A stretch of 64,000 nucleotides of DNA from an uncultured delta proteobacterium. GTDB lineage: Bacteria; Desulfobacterota; Desulfobacteria; Desulfobacterales; QNYZ01. This document shows, one piece after another, positions 61,128 through 64,000 of the stretch (position 1 is the stretch's first letter; each line of letters starts with the position of its first letter). The notes under the pieces are model-generated. The model was not told the DNA's origin and did not search any database. It was given only the letters and a program-made list of their open reading frames with translations. The stretch is from positions 60,689 through 124,688 of the forward strand of contig CAWJQU010000016.1 in the NCBI GenBank assembly GCA_963845145.1. Reading direction: 5' to 3'. The position numbers were made by a program, and so were the translations under genes.

Positions 61128-62167
61128 AGAAAACCAATCATAGTAATGTGCTGGAGGTCAAAGACCTCAACGTGGAATTCAGTACCTATGGGGGTACCGT
61201 CAAGGCCGTACGGGGAGTCAGTTACAATGTCCGCAACGGTAAGACCCTGGGGGTTGTGGGTGAATCCGGCTGCGGTAAATCCGTGACGGTCCAGGCTATT
61301 TTGCAATTGATCCCCATGCCCCCGGGTCGCATCACCAGCGGCTCGGCGAAACTCAACGGCAAGGAAATGATCGGCATGAGCCCCAAGGACATCAATACCA
61401 TCCGGGGGCGGGAGATCGGCGTGATCTTTCAGGATCCGATGAGTTCCCTGAATCCCACCATGAAGATCGGCAAACAGATTGCTGAAACAGTAAAAGTTCA
61501 CCAGCACGCCAGTAATGACGAGGCCATGCAAAAGGCAATTGCCCTTCTGGAAAAGACCAAAATCCCGGAAGCAGCCAAACGTGCCCAGCAGTACCCCTTC
61601 GAATTTTCCGGTGGTATGCTGCAGCGCGCCATCATTGCCATGAGCTTGGCTTGCGATCCCACCCTGCTGGTGGCCGACGAACCCACCACGGCCCTGGATG
61701 TCACCATTCAATCCCAAACCCTCGAGATTATGCATGATTTACAGCATAAAATGGGCATGAGCATCATTTTGATTACCCATGATCTGGGTGTCATCGCCCA
61801 CATGGCCCATGACGTGGCGGTCATGTACGCCGGTCAGATAATCGAGGCGGGCACTGTGGACGATATTTTTTACCGTTCATCGCACCCCTACACCCTGGGC
61901 CTTCGCTACGCCATGCCGACCAACATCGAAGGCGCCGACCGGAAGCTCATGCCCATTGATGGCAGCCCACCGGATCTTTTCAAACCCCCCAAGGGTTGTG
62001 GTTACTATGCCCGTTGTCCCTATGCCATGCGCGTGTGTGAAAGCCATAACCCGGAGGAATTCACCATCAGCGGAAAACACTTCGCGCGCTGCTGGCTTCA
62101 GCATCCGTCTGCGCCAAAAGTAGAGGGGGAGCTTTTTCAGATCGGTCACACGGAGAACGCTAAATGA
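61124..62167 (+). CDS. oppD: Oligopeptide ABC transporter ATPase
   Basis: GESGCGKS, FQDPMSSLNP, FSGGMLQR, ADEPTTALDV, HPYT and C-terminal Cys motif. Confidence 0.94.
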   Translation: MKKTNHSNVLEVKDLNVEFSTYGGTVKAVRGVSYNVRNGKTLGVVGESGCGKSVTVQAILQLIPMPPGRITSGSAKLNGKEMIGMSPKDINTIRGREIGVIFQDPMSSLNPTMKIGKQIAETVKVHQHASNDEAMQKAIALLEKTKIPEAAKRAQQYPFEFSGGMLQRAIIAMSLACDPTLLVADEPTTALDVTIQSQTLEIMHDLQHKMGMSIILITHDLGVIAHMAHDVAVMYAGQIIEAGTVDDIFYRSSHPYTLGLRYAMPTNIEGADRKLMPIDGSPPDLFKPPKGCGYYARCPYAMRVCESHNPEEFTISGKHFARCWLQHPSAPKVEGELFQIGHTENAK

Positions 62168-63120
62168 ATACGATAATCGAAACCAAAGACCTGAAAAAAT
62201 ATTTTCAAATCGGCAAGAACCGGATCGTGCATGCCACGGACGGTCTTTCCGTGACCATCGGCGAAAACGAGATCGTGGGATTGGTGGGCGAAAGCGGCTC
62301 CGGCAAGTCGACCTTTGGTAAGGCCGTGGTGGGGCTGCATGACAAGACCTCCGGGGAGGTCTGGTATAAGGGTGAATTGACCCCGGCCCATTTCACACCG
62401 TCGGACTATAAAAAGTACTCCACCGAAATGCAGATGATTTTTCAAGATCCCTATTCCTCGTTGAATCCGCGCATGACCGTGCTGGAAATCATCGGCGAAG
62501 GCTTGCATCTGCAAGGTGGCTTCACCCATGCGGACATCAAGGAAAAAGTGGCCGAGTGGCTGCGGCGGGTGGGCCTGCAACCGGATCATATGTCGCGCTA
62601 CTGCCACGAGTTTTCCGGCGGGCAGCGCCAGCGTATCGGCATCGCCCGTGCTTTGGTGCTGAATCCAAAATTCGTGGTCTGTGATGAGCCCATCTCGGCC
62701 CTGGATGTCTCGGTTCAAGCCCAGGTAGTAAATCTTTTGGGTGAATTCCGGGATACACTGGGGATCAGTCTGCTTTTTATCGCCCATGATCTGTCCATGG
62801 TCAGATATGTGTCGGATCGCATCATTGTGATGTATCTGGGTGCCATGATTGAAATCGGCACAGCCGATGAGGTCTTTTTTCATCCGCAACATCCTTACAC
62901 GCGCCTGTTGATCGCCTCGAATCCCGAGGCGGATCCGGAATACGAGCGTAAACATGCGCATGTGCCCATAGAAGGGGAAATCCCCTCACCGATCAATATC
63001 CCACCGGGATGTCGTTTTGCAGGCCGTTGCCCAGATGTCATGGAAAAATGCCATACGGTTACGCCCGAATTGGTCATGAGAAACGCCAGCCACGGAGCGG
63101 CGTGCTTGCTATATGCATGA
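62164..63120 (+). CDS. oppF: Oligopeptide ABC transporter ATPase
   Basis: GESGSGKS, FQDPYSSLNP, FSGGQRQRIGIARAL, DEPISALDV and GCRFAGRC. Confidence 0.94.
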   Translation: MNTIIETKDLKKYFQIGKNRIVHATDGLSVTIGENEIVGLVGESGSGKSTFGKAVVGLHDKTSGEVWYKGELTPAHFTPSDYKKYSTEMQMIFQDPYSSLNPRMTVLEIIGEGLHLQGGFTHADIKEKVAEWLRRVGLQPDHMSRYCHEFSGGQRQRIGIARALVLNPKFVVCDEPISALDVSVQAQVVNLLGEFRDTLGISLLFIAHDLSMVRYVSDRIIVMYLGAMIEIGTADEVFFHPQHPYTRLLIASNPEADPEYERKHAHVPIEGEIPSPINIPPGCRFAGRCPDVMEKCHTVTPELVMRNASHGAACLLYA

Positions 63121-63144
63121 AATCATTTTTTTAGGGAGAAAAAA

Positions 63145-64000
63145 ATGTCAACCTATTCTCGCGTACTAACGGTAGCCCTGCTTGTGCTGAGCCTGTTGGG
63201 GGCCGTGCCGGCCGCCGCCAAGAACCTGCGTCTGGCCATGGACGCCGAACCGGTCTCGATGGACCCCCATGCTCATCTGAGCACGGGAACCTTGCAGTTT
63301 TCACACCTGGTTTTCGATCCCTTGCTGCGCTGGACGAAGGCGATGGATTTCGAGCCACACCTGGCCTATAAATGGGAACGAATCGATGCACGCACCCTGC
63401 GGTTTCACCTGCGTAAAGGGGTGACCTTTCACAGCGGCAACCCGCTGACGGCTAAAGATGTCGCGTGGACCCTCCAACGCCTCAAGCGCAGTGAAAGTTT
63501 CAAGGGCGTTTTCGGGCCGGTGGCGGGAACCAAAATTATCGATGATCACACCATCGATCTCATCACCAAGATTCCATATCCACTGTTGTTAAACATCGCG
63601 ACCTATATTTTTCCCATGGATCGGCTGTTTTACAGCGGTGTGGACGCTTTGGGAAAACCCAAGGACGCCATCCTAAAATTTGAGCCCTCCTTTGCCCGGG
63701 ACAATGCTTCTGGTACCGGTCCGTTTAAGGTAACCGAGTGGTTGCCCGGTACCCGAATGATATTTGAGCGGGTTGCCTCTTATTGGAACAATCGATCCCC
63801 GGGTAATGTGAGCCGGATTGAGTTAAGTGCCATTGGTGATTCCTCCGATCGTGTCAATGCCCTTTTGGCGGGTAAAATGGATATGATTATGCCCGTAGCA
63901 CCACAGGATTACGAACAGGTTCGTCTGGCGGATGATGCCATTTGCTTACCACGGCCACTCCACGGATAATTCTGTTTCAGTTGAATCAAGACCGTCGGCC
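63145..64000 (+). CDS. Second family-5 (DppA-like) substrate-binding protein; frameshift near 63935, runs past the window end
   Basis: Signal peptide, SMDPH, FDPL, LRKGVTFHSG..LTAKDV and GTGPFK. After the shift the frame continues HLLTTATPRIILFQLNQDRR to the edge. Confidence 0.85.

Noticed and set aside
60845..62961. Long minus-strand ORFs (296 aa and 271 aa)
   Set aside because: They are antisense shadow ORFs of the ABC ATPase and permease genes.

Overview
Bacterial chromosomal window, probably from a Desulfobacterota (Desulfobacterales-like) anaerobe; the taxon is inferred from gene content and order, not proven. Layout: (1-5.7 kb) housekeeping block rpoD, tRNA(CAT), Nif3, Zn-ribbon protein, rnpB, long HPr-domain protein and ispD, several split by single-base indels that look like long-read errors. 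(5.9-9.9 kb) threonine dehydratase-like enzyme, a small propeptide-like gene with a cytoplasmic S8 protease, and an unknown lipoprotein. (10.1-29.5 kb) a ~19 kb co-directional catabolic cluster whose gene set matches the upper anaerobic indole-3-acetate (iaa) pathway, plus a biotin carrier and carboxyltransferase that suggest a separate decarboxylation step. (29.5-37 kb) YceI, aceEF-lpdA and a lipoate ligase. (37-41 kb) small accessory genes and a MocR regulator. (41.6-45.4 kb) a six-gene signalling module with a pseudo-receiver/DUF4388/Roadblock fusion, three more Roadblock-like proteins and two V4R-like proteins, with no GTPase or kinase in view. (45.8-54.6 kb) exported ankyrin and HEAT proteins, an acyltransferase-3 fusion, two Isf-type flavoproteins, a 5'-nucleotidase and an MBL hydrolase. 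(54.6-64 kb) a candidate structured sRNA, LysR and an Opp/Dpp ABC transporter whose OppC carries an FN3-like insertion. No CRISPR array, rRNA, integrase or transposase was seen. All family calls come from motif recognition by eye; no database search was run.
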